Source of the DNA: Promethearchaeota archaeon
GTDB taxonomy: Archaea; Asgardarchaeota; Lokiarchaeia; Sigyniarchaeales; SOKP01
Length of the DNA: 62,811 nt
NCBI GenBank assembly: GCA_048940445.1
Contig: JBHLON010000020.1
Span: forward strand, 1 to 62,811
Direction: 5' to 3'
Of this stretch, positions 18,426 through 28,813 are shown piece by piece; position 1 is the first letter of the stretch, and the number at the start of each line of letters is the position of its first letter. Under the pieces are notes generated by a model, which was not told the DNA's origin, searched no databases, and was given only the letters and a program-made list of their open reading frames with translations. Made by a program: the position numbers and the translations under genes.

Positions 18426-19664
18426 TTGAAAATGCTATTATATGAAGATAAAAAGGGAATTTTTTTAAATTTCCTAAAAAGCGGTATAAACCCGTTTGAA
18501 AAATTCGTGAGCACTGGAGAAATTAAAGAAGATTTAAGTCTAGTGAAATCTAGAAAAGAGTTATTGGATTCAATTGTTAATGTTATAGAGAAAAAAAAAA
18601 ATTTTATTCTTCCCATAATTGGTAATGTTGGAGTGGGAAAAACTCATTTATACTGGGCTTTGAAAAATAGTTTGTATTACTTCAATACAATCCACATTTC
18701 ACTCGAAAAAGTATATAAGAAATTCTTTTACCACACATATTCAGAATTTATTGAAACAATTGAAGTAGAGCCTTTAAGAAATATCATTAATCAACTTTGT
18801 AATAGTTGGGGAGCTTTAGAAAGAAAATATGGGTTTTTTCATGTTATAGATATAGAAAAAGTGAAAAAAGAGGCATATAACAAAATAAATGCTAAATTTC
18901 AAGATGATGAAAAGTCAGCTTTATTGGATGTATTAACAGGAATAACTACTCATCAATTAGATCCATATAAAAGAATTGATGCAGAAAGGTGGCTATTGGG
19001 AGAATTGATGAATGTAAGAGAATTGTCCCGACTTAATTTGACTTATGATCTGAGGAAAAGCAAACTTGCTTTTATAATGCTTAAAATTCTTATTGAAAAT
19101 TCAAAGTTAGGAACAGTACTATTCATTGATGACTTCGAGAAAATTGTCTCTTACCCTAAATCACTGGGAGAAGAAGATGAGGACGAAGTATTTGATAGAA
19201 GTTGGCTTTATGGTAAAAAGCAATCACCAGATGACTTTGTCTCGCAAAAGGTCCTCGAGAAAATCCTTAAACTACAAAGAATTGAAGATCTACGCTTAAT
19301 TATTGTTTTAAGATCTGTTGATTCACTTGAACAAGTCAAGAAAAAAATTAAGAAAGCTAAAACTCCTTTGACCTTAGAATTATTAGAACCATTTTACCTT
19401 CAAAAGTTTACAGAAGAAGATCTATTTGAATTTTATTTGAAAACTATGGAATTATTCCTTCAAAATTTTAATTACTTACATTTTTATGATGATTTTCAAG
19501 GATCTTTCTTTCCTTTAACTGAAAATATTCTTAAAAGAATTTATAACATAAAAAATGGTAATCCAAGAGGAATCTCTAAACTTCTTATAAAAATTTTTAA
19601 TGAAATAATTTCTTCACAGGAAGAATTGAGAATTATATTGCAGAAATTTGAAAATACTAACTAA
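18426..19664 (+). CDS. P-loop ATPase (AAA+-like; resembles BrxD/DUF2791-type ATPases)
   Basis: Walker A GNVGVGKT, Walker B LFIDD, GNPR motif, RWLLGE. Confidence 0.8.
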   Translation: MKMLLYEDKKGIFLNFLKSGINPFEKFVSTGEIKEDLSLVKSRKELLDSIVNVIEKKKNFILPIIGNVGVGKTHLYWALKNSLYYFNTIHISLEKVYKKFFYHTYSEFIETIEVEPLRNIINQLCNSWGALERKYGFFHVIDIEKVKKEAYNKINAKFQDDEKSALLDVLTGITTHQLDPYKRIDAERWLLGELMNVRELSRLNLTYDLRKSKLAFIMLKILIENSKLGTVLFIDDFEKIVSYPKSLGEEDEDEVFDRSWLYGKKQSPDDFVSQKVLEKILKLQRIEDLRLIIVLRSVDSLEQVKKKIKKAKTPLTLELLEPFYLQKFTEEDLFEFYLKTMELFLQNFNYLHFYDDFQGSFFPLTENILKRIYNIKNGNPRGISKLLIKIFNEIISSQEELRIILQKFENTN

Positions 19665-20403
19665 GATTTTTTCCTTGATTTAATAATATTCTTTGATAAG
19701 ATTCTATCTCCTTTACGAATAATGTTTTATAGTTTTCCTTCCAATTACTTTCAAGTATTTTCTCTTTAAAATTTGTTAAGTCAATTACAGAATTAAAATA
19801 TTCGATTAATAATGTCCTAACAGAGTTTTTTGTCAATAAAGCGTAGTTTTCATCTGTATTCAGCATGCTAAATAAAGCGAGATCATTTTTTATATGTTCT
19901 TTTAGTATCTGGATGCTATACTCAACTACTTCTAAATTACTAAAATCAATTACTTTTATTAGGTTTTTAAGAATAATATTTGGTATAGGATTTAACTTCT
20001 TTAGTAATTTTAATGCATTAATTTTAGTAGGAATATATTCCTCAAGTATAGCATAAGCTATAATATCAAAAATTTCGCTCGAAACTTCATTTATATTAAT
20101 TATTTTTGCTAAACTCTGAATAATTTCATTTCTTTCCCATCTATCAGAATTAAAATATGATTTTATCAAATAATTTATGTATTTCTTTTCAAGGAAGTTA
20201 TTTTTTCCAATTTCACCTAAAAGGTATATTAAATTAATTTTAACCTTCTCGAGAAGAGAATTCTGTATATTTTCAATAAGATTATCAAAAAATATTAAAT
20301 CTTTTTTATCAGGTTTTTTACTTACTTCGATTAAAACATCATTGAGAGCGTCGGTATTCATATTTTTTATATAGGTCAAAAACTTATTGTACCTTTCTTT
20401 CAA
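19657..20403 (-). CDS. HEAT/ARM-repeat protein
   Basis: Repeated helices: LIYLLGEIG, ERNEIIQSLAKI, KINALKLL. Confidence 0.72.
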   Translation of the reverse strand: MKERYNKFLTYIKNMNTDALNDVLIEVSKKPDKKDLIFFDNLIENIQNSLLEKVKINLIYLLGEIGKNNFLEKKYINYLIKSYFNSDRWERNEIIQSLAKIININEVSSEIFDIIAYAILEEYIPTKINALKLLKKLNPIPNIILKNLIKVIDFSNLEVVEYSIQILKEHIKNDLALFSMLNTDENYALLTKNSVRTLLIEYFNSVIDLTNFKEKILESNWKENYKTLFVKEIESYQRILLNQGKNLS

Positions 20404-20598
20404 AGATCTCTCTCTATTTTTTATAGTAGTAAAAAAATTATTTAGGTTATTTCATATTGGAGAAAATTATTCTATAAGATTTAAATATGCTTGAATAATC
20501 CTAAATTTTTAATTAAATACCAAAAAAGAATCCAAACAAATTTAAATATATTAAAATCTATGTCATTTACAAATTTAATTACAAAAAAGGTGTGTAAA

Positions 20599-22188
20599 AT
20601 GTTTAATACAAAAACCAAATTTAAAGTAAAATTTCTGTCATTTTTCTTGGTTTTCATTTGTTTAGTAGCTGGATTTATTTTTGCTTATTTAGTTAATGAC
20701 CTAAATATTGTGAATAAAAAATCGTTCAATATCGACTTAAAGACTTCTGCAACTTATAACGCTACTCTTTATATTGATGATTCGCCTGGAAGTCTATTTA
20801 ATTGGACGTGGGCAAAAGATCAAGGATATTGTACAGGTGGTGGTACTTCAAGTAATCCTTATGTTATTCAAAATCATTTGATTAATATCACAGACACTTT
20901 TTGTTTAATAATTTATAATTCAAGAAAATACTTTAGAGTTACAAACTGCATCATGAGGAGTACTACACTACCTGCTTATGGTATTGCTCTTGTTAATACA
21001 ACAAATGGACTTTTAGATAAAAATGATATACGTTCTTTAACTTATGGAATCAATATTGTAAATTGCAGTTATACTACAATAAAAGAAAATGATATCTCCT
21101 TGTGTACTTTTGGAATTAATATAATTAACGCCAAATTTTTAACAATCACAAGTAATTCTGTAAGAAGAAGTGTTAATAATGCTGTTGCTTTAACTAATGC
21201 TCGAGGTTCTTCTATTTCCGGAAATAGCGTTTATAACAATACAAATAATGGAATTCAATTAGTTTCAAGCAATGATAATTCGCTTCTATCTAATAATATT
21301 CATGATAATACTAATGGTATCTATCTTCAATCATCCTCGGAATTTAATACAATTTCTAGTAATATCTTAAATCATAATTCTATTCGTGGAATTTATGTAA
21401 ATGGGTGCCATAATAACACAATTTCAAAAAATACAGTAAACAATAATGCTCTAGAAGGAATATGGTGTACTGGTAGTAGCGATCTTACAATCTCCCAAAA
21501 TACCGCCTATAATAACAGCTTATATGGAATCCGTCTCAATTCCGGAGTCAGAATCACTTGTTCGAGCAATACAGTGAGCTATAACCATGATTTTGGAATA
21601 AGAATTTTTTCTTGTGATGATAGTGTCATTCAGAATAATTATGTACATCATAATGCTAGATCAGGTATATATATCTATTCAAGTAGTATTCGAAATATAA
21701 TAAAATCGAATATAGCAAATTATAATAATGAAAGTGGCATCTTTATTAGTTCTAATAGCGATAATAATCTTATAACTGCTAATTCAGCGAATTATAATGA
21801 GCAACATGGTATTTACTTATCCAATTCTGATAGTTGTGTAATTTTGGATAACACTGCTAATAATAATAAAGTAAATGGTATAAATCTAGAAACAAGTAAT
21901 AATAATTTTGTCTCTTATAATACAGCTAATTATAATAATAATGGGATTTACTTAGATACAAGTAATAACAACTTTATTTTGTATAATAATCTAGCAAGCA
22001 ATATAGTATGTTACAATGAAACCGGTAGTATCGGAAATATATTCGAAGGAAATACTTGCATAGCTATTGCCCCTCCTATGGATCCTTTTATATTTGGACT
22101 GATTATAGGCCTTGTTATTGCGGGAGGAGCATTTGGAATCGCAATTGGTGCAACCTTATTTATTAGAAAAAAGAAAAGGAAAGGATAA
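20599..22188 (+). CDS. Membrane-anchored parallel beta-helix (NosD/CASH) surface protein
   Basis: Many approximately 22-aa NNxxxGIxLxxSxxNxIxxN repeats; N- and C-terminal TMs; KKKRKG tail; ATG at 20599 preferred to TTG at 20491. Confidence 0.9.
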   Translation: MFNTKTKFKVKFLSFFLVFICLVAGFIFAYLVNDLNIVNKKSFNIDLKTSATYNATLYIDDSPGSLFNWTWAKDQGYCTGGGTSSNPYVIQNHLINITDTFCLIIYNSRKYFRVTNCIMRSTTLPAYGIALVNTTNGLLDKNDIRSLTYGINIVNCSYTTIKENDISLCTFGINIINAKFLTITSNSVRRSVNNAVALTNARGSSISGNSVYNNTNNGIQLVSSNDNSLLSNNIHDNTNGIYLQSSSEFNTISSNILNHNSIRGIYVNGCHNNTISKNTVNNNALEGIWCTGSSDLTISQNTAYNNSLYGIRLNSGVRITCSSNTVSYNHDFGIRIFSCDDSVIQNNYVHHNARSGIYIYSSSIRNIIKSNIANYNNESGIFISSNSDNNLITANSANYNEQHGIYLSNSDSCVILDNTANNNKVNGINLETSNNNFVSYNTANYNNNGIYLDTSNNNFILYNNLASNIVCYNETGSIGNIFEGNTCIAIAPPMDPFIFGLIIGLVIAGGAFGIAIGATLFIRKKKRKG

Positions 22189-22229
22189 TTAAATTAATTA
22201 CTTAAAAACTTTTTTTTTACCTTATTCTG

Positions 22230-22808
22230 TTATAAGCTTTCATAACCTATTGGTATGATATAAAGGGGCTCTATATTTTTTTGTAAACTTAAAACTTCTT
22301 TAACTTTAATATCTTCATATGCTCCAACCGGTACAGAGGCTAAACCTAAAGCTACTGCTTGTAAATGAATATTTTGAGCACAGTGACCTACCTCAATAAA
22401 TACATATCGTATCCCTCTTTGACCATACACCTGAGTAGCTCTTGAAAAATAAGCGCAGATTATGATATTAAGGTATGCTTCTTCTATAAAATATTGATCT
22501 AAAGATGCTTTTACTAATTTTTTGCTTAAATCTTCATCAATTAGCAATTCTAAGTTATGTTTGTCGACATTATAATGAAAAAGACCTTTCTCTCTCAAAA
22601 TGACATAGATTTCTAACGGATAACTTGCCCCCGCTGAAGGTACGGTTCTTTTTGTGCCTATTTTCCCCTGTGCAGCCCATAGGAGCTGAGAAATCTTCTC
22701 CATTTCGACTTTTTTATTGCTAAAACTCCTTATACTACGGCGTTTATAAATTACTTTCTCAAGACTATATGCTCCATCCAACCTTGGAGGGAAAAGTTTG
22801 ATAATCAT
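22230..22808 (-). CDS. SagB/ThcOx-family nitroreductase
   Basis: RRSIRSF, RTVPSAGASYP, YGQRGIRY and GHCAQN motifs. Confidence 0.92.
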   Translation of the reverse strand: MIIKLFPPRLDGAYSLEKVIYKRRSIRSFSNKKVEMEKISQLLWAAQGKIGTKRTVPSAGASYPLEIYVILREKGLFHYNVDKHNLELLIDEDLSKKLVKASLDQYFIEEAYLNIIICAYFSRATQVYGQRGIRYVFIEVGHCAQNIHLQAVALGLASVPVGAYEDIKVKEVLSLQKNIEPLYIIPIGYESL

Positions 22809-22875
22809 ATTAAATCATGTAATTATTTCTAAGATAATAAAACTATTTAATTTTAATAAATTAAATTATATCTTT

Positions 22876-23238
22876 ATGAGCTCAAAATTAAATTTAGAAA
22901 ATCTATTTAAAGAATGGCATAAATTAAATAGTTCTGCTGAAGAATCTTTCGGACAATTTAATTTTTCAAAAATTAAGGAAATTAGAGCAAAACAGAAAAA
23001 GCTTGAAGATATAATATATGAAATACTTAAAGAAAATTCTTCGGATGAATTAAGAACTCTATTACCAGATGACTGTGGTCAATTAGAAGTAGGTTATGAT
23101 ACTGAAGGGAATATCTTTTACTTTGTAATGATGGATCCTGGCTTAAACAATGAAGATGATATTAAATTAATTGCCTTTACTATTGATATTGAAAAACGGG
23201 TGAATCGCATTGATGATTTCAAAATAGAAGATTCCTAA
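22876..23238 (+). CDS. Hypothetical protein
   Basis: Acidic 120-aa ORF from ATG at 22876; the track start overlaps the divergent gene. Confidence 0.7.
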   Translation: MSSKLNLENLFKEWHKLNSSAEESFGQFNFSKIKEIRAKQKKLEDIIYEILKENSSDELRTLLPDDCGQLEVGYDTEGNIFYFVMMDPGLNNEDDIKLIAFTIDIEKRVNRIDDFKIEDS

Positions 23239-23394
23239 TGATTATTAAAAAGAAAAAACCTAACCCTTAATGAAAAGAATAAAATCCTATTTTTTATTTA
23301 TATTGTTGATTAACTTAAATTGATAAATCACTAATTTTCAAATCTTTAAATGAAAATATGATAAAATGAAAAAAATAATAGGTTTTAAAGAAAT

Positions 23395-24945
23395 TTAAAA
23401 CTTATCTGAATCTTCATACCAGTTGGGATACCACTCATAATATTCTCTTGGAAAAGCTTCTCTTAAGCCACTATAAGTCGCTTTAACTAAAATTGCTTTA
23501 CCTGATCTGTCTCGATGTGCAACAATGAGTTTCTTCGCCTCCAAAATTTCAAGTACTTTTTTAATAGATGAACGACTTCCTCCTATATCTTCTCTTACAT
23601 CATCAATAGTCATATACAGCCCCGGATTGACTTTGTAATCATGGGCAATTACCTTTAATACATTTTCCTCATTTACTTCCATTCCCTTGAATCGAGAATC
23701 TTTCTTAGATATAATCGGCGCATTAACTTCATCATTCCATCTTAATCTTATTGGAGCATTATAAGATGGTAGCATTGAAGAAAATCGATATACAATCATT
23801 TTTTGTATCTCTGTTGTCCCAGCTACAATTTCACCTATTTTACCTTCTCTTACTAAACGTTCCATTGGATAAAATCTCGTAAGTCCATCTCCTCCCATCA
23901 CCTGGACTGCTTTTATTCCTGCTTCTCTAATATATTCACTGATTACCCATTTGGCAACAGAAGCATCAATCATGGGCTCAAGACCACTATCTAACTGTTT
24001 AGCACAATTATATGCAAATAATCTTCCCATGCGATATTTAGCAATAATATCAGCTATTTCATTTTGAATCCCTGGGAATTTATTCGTTGTTTTATTAAAT
24101 TGCACTCTTCTCTGGGTATAATAAAATAATACTTTTATAATATCCATTAAAGTACCAACATATACCGCACCTGCGATTAACCTTTCAAAATTCAATCCTG
24201 CCATCATTACATTCCATCCTTTCCCAACAGAACCTACTCTATTTTCATCAGGAATTCTCACATCTTCAAAACTTAAGTAACCATTAGGTACGTTGTCAAA
24301 TCCAACTAAAGGATTGATTTTTTCCAAATGGAAACCTGGAGTTCCCTTTTCTACAATAAAAGAGGTTATATGACCATATTGTTTCCTAATACTTGGGTCA
24401 TCACTAGTTTTGGCATATATAAAGTAGCGATCTGAGACTCCTGCTCCAGTAATATATCTCTTTTTACCATTTATAACCCACTCATCACCATCTTTTGCGG
24501 CGGCTGTCATCACATTTGCTGCATCAGATCCAGCATATGGTTCAGTAATACAAACCGCACCTAATTTATCACCTTTAGCTAATTGAGGTAACCATAACTC
24601 CTTTTGTTCATCAGATGCATATCTTAGAATTTGCTCAAAACCTGCTAACATACTAACAACAAAAACGTGGCCAACAGCATATAATCTTCCTAATTGTTCT
24701 GCTACTATACAAGCACCAGTAGCTCCTAATTCAAGACCTCCGTATTGTTTTGGAATTCCTGCACCAAAATAACCTTCTTGAGCTACTCTTTTAACAAGTG
24801 GCCAAGGAAACTTTTGTTTCCAAAAATAATATTCTGCCTCTTCAAATAGATTATCAGCAAACTTTTCAACCTTCTGTGCAAATTGCTTTTGTTCTTCATT
24901 CCACCAAAAAAAAGGTTCAGTCATTTTATCTATCTCTTTTGACAT
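23395..24945 (-). CDS. Acyl-CoA dehydrogenase with a C-terminal winged-helix-like extension
   Basis: ITEPYAGSD, INGKKRYIT, RVQF, QVMGGDG and AGTTEIQ motifs; about 125 extra C-terminal residues. Confidence 0.9.
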   Translation of the reverse strand: MSKEIDKMTEPFFWWNEEQKQFAQKVEKFADNLFEEAEYYFWKQKFPWPLVKRVAQEGYFGAGIPKQYGGLELGATGACIVAEQLGRLYAVGHVFVVSMLAGFEQILRYASDEQKELWLPQLAKGDKLGAVCITEPYAGSDAANVMTAAAKDGDEWVINGKKRYITGAGVSDRYFIYAKTSDDPSIRKQYGHITSFIVEKGTPGFHLEKINPLVGFDNVPNGYLSFEDVRIPDENRVGSVGKGWNVMMAGLNFERLIAGAVYVGTLMDIIKVLFYYTQRRVQFNKTTNKFPGIQNEIADIIAKYRMGRLFAYNCAKQLDSGLEPMIDASVAKWVISEYIREAGIKAVQVMGGDGLTRFYPMERLVREGKIGEIVAGTTEIQKMIVYRFSSMLPSYNAPIRLRWNDEVNAPIISKKDSRFKGMEVNEENVLKVIAHDYKVNPGLYMTIDDVREDIGGSRSSIKKVLEILEAKKLIVAHRDRSGKAILVKATYSGLREAFPREYYEWYPNWYEDSDKF

Positions 24946-25079
24946 TACAATTTAAATAATGATATTTTGTCATAATAATTATTAAATCTAAAACTTTGGG
25001 ATATACTTTAATGTTAATAATGTAATAAAGAGAAAAGTCTTGGAAGAATTTTACAAGTTCATAAAAAGTGAATACAACA

Positions 25080-25793
25080 TCAATGATAGGTTTTTCTTTT
25101 TAATTTTTTTGCTTCAATACTTACAATAATAATAGTTCCAAAAATGGTAAACCAAATAAAATAATTACCTAAAGGTACTATGACAATAATCTCTTCTTTT
25201 ATTAGTTCCCATTTAAATATCGTTGTACCATTTGTTCTTTTTTCTATAGAAGTTGAAATACCTTTAGAATTATAGATTACATCAATAGTAGTTGCGTTGT
25301 AATAATCCATCCGTAAGGTATTAGAACTAATTATGGTTGCGTTTAGTACTCCTTTATCAATAATTGCACTGCTCACTAAAGTAAGATTAATTGGAACTGG
25401 TATAATCAATGGAAATGCTTCATCATACACCAATTTGGACCAATTCAGAAAATTTAATGTATAATTGTAAGAAAGATAGAAAGCATTATCATCATCCGGA
25501 CTCTTCTTGATCCAAGCAAAATTATGGTAAAATTCTAGTGTATAATTCACAATCAAACATCTATTTATATTAATACTAGCATTATATACATCCGTAGCAG
25601 TAAATCTGATGAATTCAATTTCTTCATAATAAGCTATGGTCGCATTAACGGTTTTCCATCTAATACTCTCATTTTTCTCCAATGGAAATGATGAATCTCC
25701 TAAAGTAGTTTCTCCGACTGCTTGTGGTAAAAAATGGCAAACAGTTATAAAGCAAATGAGTAATGGCAATAGAATTTTCTTACCAGAATTCAT
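25080..25793 (-). CDS. Secreted protein with a C-terminal membrane anchor
   Basis: Signal-like N-terminus, NxS/T sequons, C-terminal TM and basic tail. Confidence 0.75.
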   Translation of the reverse strand: MNSGKKILLPLLICFITVCHFLPQAVGETTLGDSSFPLEKNESIRWKTVNATIAYYEEIEFIRFTATDVYNASININRCLIVNYTLEFYHNFAWIKKSPDDDNAFYLSYNYTLNFLNWSKLVYDEAFPLIIPVPINLTLVSSAIIDKGVLNATIISSNTLRMDYYNATTIDVIYNSKGISTSIEKRTNGTTIFKWELIKEEIIVIVPLGNYFIWFTIFGTIIIVSIEAKKLKRKTYH

Positions 25794-25979
25794 AATTTAG
25801 AATAGAGTTTTATTTGTCTGCAATGATAGATAATGATAAATAAAATCTTTAGATATTTAAGTTTTTAAATTAAATTTTAGTTATAATAGTTATTAAAACA
25901 ATTTAACTAATGATATTGAAGTAAAATAGCGAGAAATAATAAGAAACGAGTAAAATCCATAAGAAATATATAAAGAATC

Positions 25980-26669
25980 TTAATCTTCTATTTTATCCTC
26001 TGTATTAACATTTAAAGCCTTACGTTCCAGTTTTTTTGAATAGGCTTTCCAATGATTACTTTCGTCTGCTGCTTTCTTAGTAATCACAAATGAACAAGTT
26101 TTGGCTCCTGCAGGTATTGTACTTTTAAACTCAATCTGGTATTTATCTTTCAATTTTCCAGATTCTTCAAAAGCATTGATTATACCCTCCACTAAATATC
26201 TTTGCACTCTGCAATCAAATGCATTATATATATCTTGAAGCGGACACCAAAGAATATCGAATGAACATTGGTGATCACTGTCGATTCGTGGATCTTCGAG
26301 AGATGTCCACGCTTGGGTATTTATGATAGTAGCTAAAAAACTCATTAATTCAATATCAGTAATATCATCTGGAATAATACTATTTAAAACTATTTGGGAA
26401 CCCAACTCGTATCCTGTTTTAATTAAACCATCTATTACAACTCTTTGGCCTTCTTTTCCTAATCTTTTCTCTGCTTCTTCTAGAACATTAATAAGTCCTC
26501 TTGCCATAAACAAACCAAATTGTAATAAAGAAGTAGAATCAAAATCATTACGTCCTAAAATTCGTTTTCTAAAACGATCTAAAGCGATTTTATATGGTTC
26601 TCCAAGTTTAGTTCTCTTCCAGATAGTTTCTTTTCGATTTGCTCCTTTCAAGTTGCCTATGGTTTTCAT
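25980..26669 (-). CDS. V4R/ATC-hydrolase-like domain protein
   Basis: GYELG helix; WCPLQ, DCRVQ and TCSF cysteine pattern. Confidence 0.65.
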   Translation of the reverse strand: MKTIGNLKGANRKETIWKRTKLGEPYKIALDRFRKRILGRNDFDSTSLLQFGLFMARGLINVLEEAEKRLGKEGQRVVIDGLIKTGYELGSQIVLNSIIPDDITDIELMSFLATIINTQAWTSLEDPRIDSDHQCSFDILWCPLQDIYNAFDCRVQRYLVEGIINAFEESGKLKDKYQIEFKSTIPAGAKTCSFVITKKAADESNHWKAYSKKLERKALNVNTEDKIED

Positions 26670-26782
26670 TGTTATTCAATTAAAATATAAATTTGAATTT
26701 ATAAGTTATAAGATAAAATTTAACATTAATATTTCTATTACATAAATATATTAGGAATCATAAAATAAGATTTCCAAAAAGG

Positions 26783-27538
26783 TTGATGTTAATGTATGTT
26801 TTGGTACTTTTAAGACATGGTGAAAGTATTTGGAATAAAGAAAATCGTTTCACTGGTTGGACAGATGTTGATTTAACAGAGAAAGGAATTGAGGAAGCAA
26901 AGAAAGCCGGTGAATTATTAAAAAAAGAAGGTTATACGTTTGATATTGCTTTTACATCTGTATTGAAAAGGGGTATAAGGACTCTTTGGATTGTATTAGA
27001 TGAGATGGACTTGATGTATATCCCGGTTTATAGACATTGGAGATTAAACGAAAGGCATTATGGTGCTTTACAAGGATTTAATAAAGCTGAAATGGCGAAA
27101 GAATTAGGAGAAGAACAAGTTTTAATTTGGCGAAGGAGTTATGATATACGTCCTCCAGCTTTGAAGACAACAGATCCCCGATATCCTGGTAATGATCCAC
27201 GATATAAGGATTTAGATCAAAAAGATCTTCCTTTAACTGAATGTTTGAAAGACACTGTTGAACGATTTTTACCTTATTGGCATGAATCTATCGCACCAAT
27301 GGTTAAATCTGGAAAAAAAGTGTTAATTTCAGCACATGGCAATAGTTTGAGAGCACTCGTAAAATATTTAGATAATTTATCAGAAGAAGAAGTAATAAAG
27401 TTGGACATACCTACAGGTTTTCCTCTTATATATGAACTTGATGAGGAACTAAAACCACTAAAGCATCATTATCTTGGAGATCCAGAAAAAATTCAGAAAG
27501 CAATTCAAGTTGTTGCTGAACAAGGAAAAGTAGGATGA
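26783..27538 (+). CDS. gpmA: 2,3-bisphosphoglycerate-dependent phosphoglycerate mutase
   Basis: [35 protein letters not shown] and AHGNSLRAL motifs. Confidence 0.97.
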   Translation: MMLMYVLVLLRHGESIWNKENRFTGWTDVDLTEKGIEEAKKAGELLKKEGYTFDIAFTSVLKRGIRTLWIVLDEMDLMYIPVYRHWRLNERHYGALQGFNKAEMAKELGEEQVLIWRRSYDIRPPALKTTDPRYPGNDPRYKDLDQKDLPLTECLKDTVERFLPYWHESIAPMVKSGKKVLISAHGNSLRALVKYLDNLSEEEVIKLDIPTGFPLIYELDEELKPLKHHYLGDPEKIQKAIQVVAEQGKVG

Positions 27539-27621
27539 AAAATTGATTATTTATAATTCCTTCATTTTTTTAAATTTTCTAAAATATTCTAAAACAAACT
27601 ATAATTAAAATTGTATTTATC

Positions 27622-28410
27622 ATGAAAAAACATTTAGTAATCGATAATCCTACGGTTTCGAATATTATATTTTACCCACAAAAAAGTCCTATCCCTTCGC
27701 AACTTGACCCAAATACAGAGATTTTGAATTTTAAGGTAGAAAAAAAAGTGTCTCTTGGTGGATTTTTTTTCTTAAATAATATTAATTTTCCAACAATCTT
27801 TTTATTTCATGGAAATGGAGAACTTGCGATAGATTATAGATCTATAGCTCCTGTATTTTTTGAAAGTAAGGTTAATTTAGCTGTTATTGATTATCGGGGA
27901 TATGGATTTAGTTCAGGTCAACCATATTTCACAAGCTTGATTAATGATGCTCCAATTATTTATCAACAATTTATAGATTGGGCAGATAAAAGGGGATTAA
28001 GTAAATCAATCTTTATTCTAGGGAGATCGCTGGGTAGCGTTTGTGCTGCTGAGATAGGATCTCAAAATCCTGAATGCTTGAGAGGGATTATTTTTGAAAG
28101 TGGTTTTGCCAACCTTTACAATGTTATGACACATTTATTTAGAATATCGAGCTCAGAAGTAACACCTACTTCTATGAGTGAGTATTCTAATGATACAAGA
28201 ATAAGACAAATTAAAAAACCAGTTTTAATAATTCATGGAACAACGGATTTTATAATCCCTAGTGGTGAATCTGAATTAATATACAAGAATTTATCGATTG
28301 AGATTGATAAGAGTCTTGTGCTAATCGATGGAGCTGGTCATAATGACATTTTAATGTACCATGATAAATATTTTGACCCTTTAAGTGAATTCATTGAAAA
28401 ATTTAAGTAA
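27622..28410 (+). CDS. Alpha/beta hydrolase
   Basis: FHGNGE, DYRGYG, GRSLG nucleophile elbow, HGTTD and GHND. Confidence 0.92.
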   Translation: MKKHLVIDNPTVSNIIFYPQKSPIPSQLDPNTEILNFKVEKKVSLGGFFFLNNINFPTIFLFHGNGELAIDYRSIAPVFFESKVNLAVIDYRGYGFSSGQPYFTSLINDAPIIYQQFIDWADKRGLSKSIFILGRSLGSVCAAEIGSQNPECLRGIIFESGFANLYNVMTHLFRISSSEVTPTSMSEYSNDTRIRQIKKPVLIIHGTTDFIIPSGESELIYKNLSIEIDKSLVLIDGAGHNDILMYHDKYFDPLSEFIEKFK

Positions 28411-28505
28411 ATATTACCTTACATAAATAAATCAAGGATTGGACTAAAGATTATTTTAGTATAATCTAAAATTTATTCTTTTAATGAAAAATAAAATCAA
28501 TTTAC

Positions 28506-28808
28506 ATGAAAATATATCCGATTATGCTTAATTTTTGTCCCTATTGTGGTAGTCAATTGAATAAAGAAAGAAAGTACAGCCTTAACTTTTGTCCTTATTG
28601 TGGAGAAAAATTAAATGATCATGTTAAAGAGTCTAAATGCACAATTTGCCATCAAAAAATAAGATATAATCAAAAATCTATAAACTGCTCATATTGTGAA
28701 AGTCCATATCATTATAATTGCGTATCTTCTTGGCTATTAAAATACAATTCTTGTCCAACATGTCAGAATTTATTTCTTAATCCAGACTTAAAAGTTCAAA
28801 AAAAATAA
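28506..28808 (+). CDS. Zinc-ribbon plus RING-finger protein (putative E3 ligase)
   Basis: Two NFCPYCG motifs; CTIC..CSYC..H..C..W..CPTC. Confidence 0.85.
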   Translation: MKIYPIMLNFCPYCGSQLNKERKYSLNFCPYCGEKLNDHVKESKCTICHQKIRYNQKSINCSYCESPYHYNCVSSWLLKYNSCPTCQNLFLNPDLKVQKK

Positions 28809-28813
28809 AAAAG

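Noticed and set aside
18426-19664. BREX defence system
   Set aside because: Only a BrxD-like ATPase is present; no other BREX genes are in the window.
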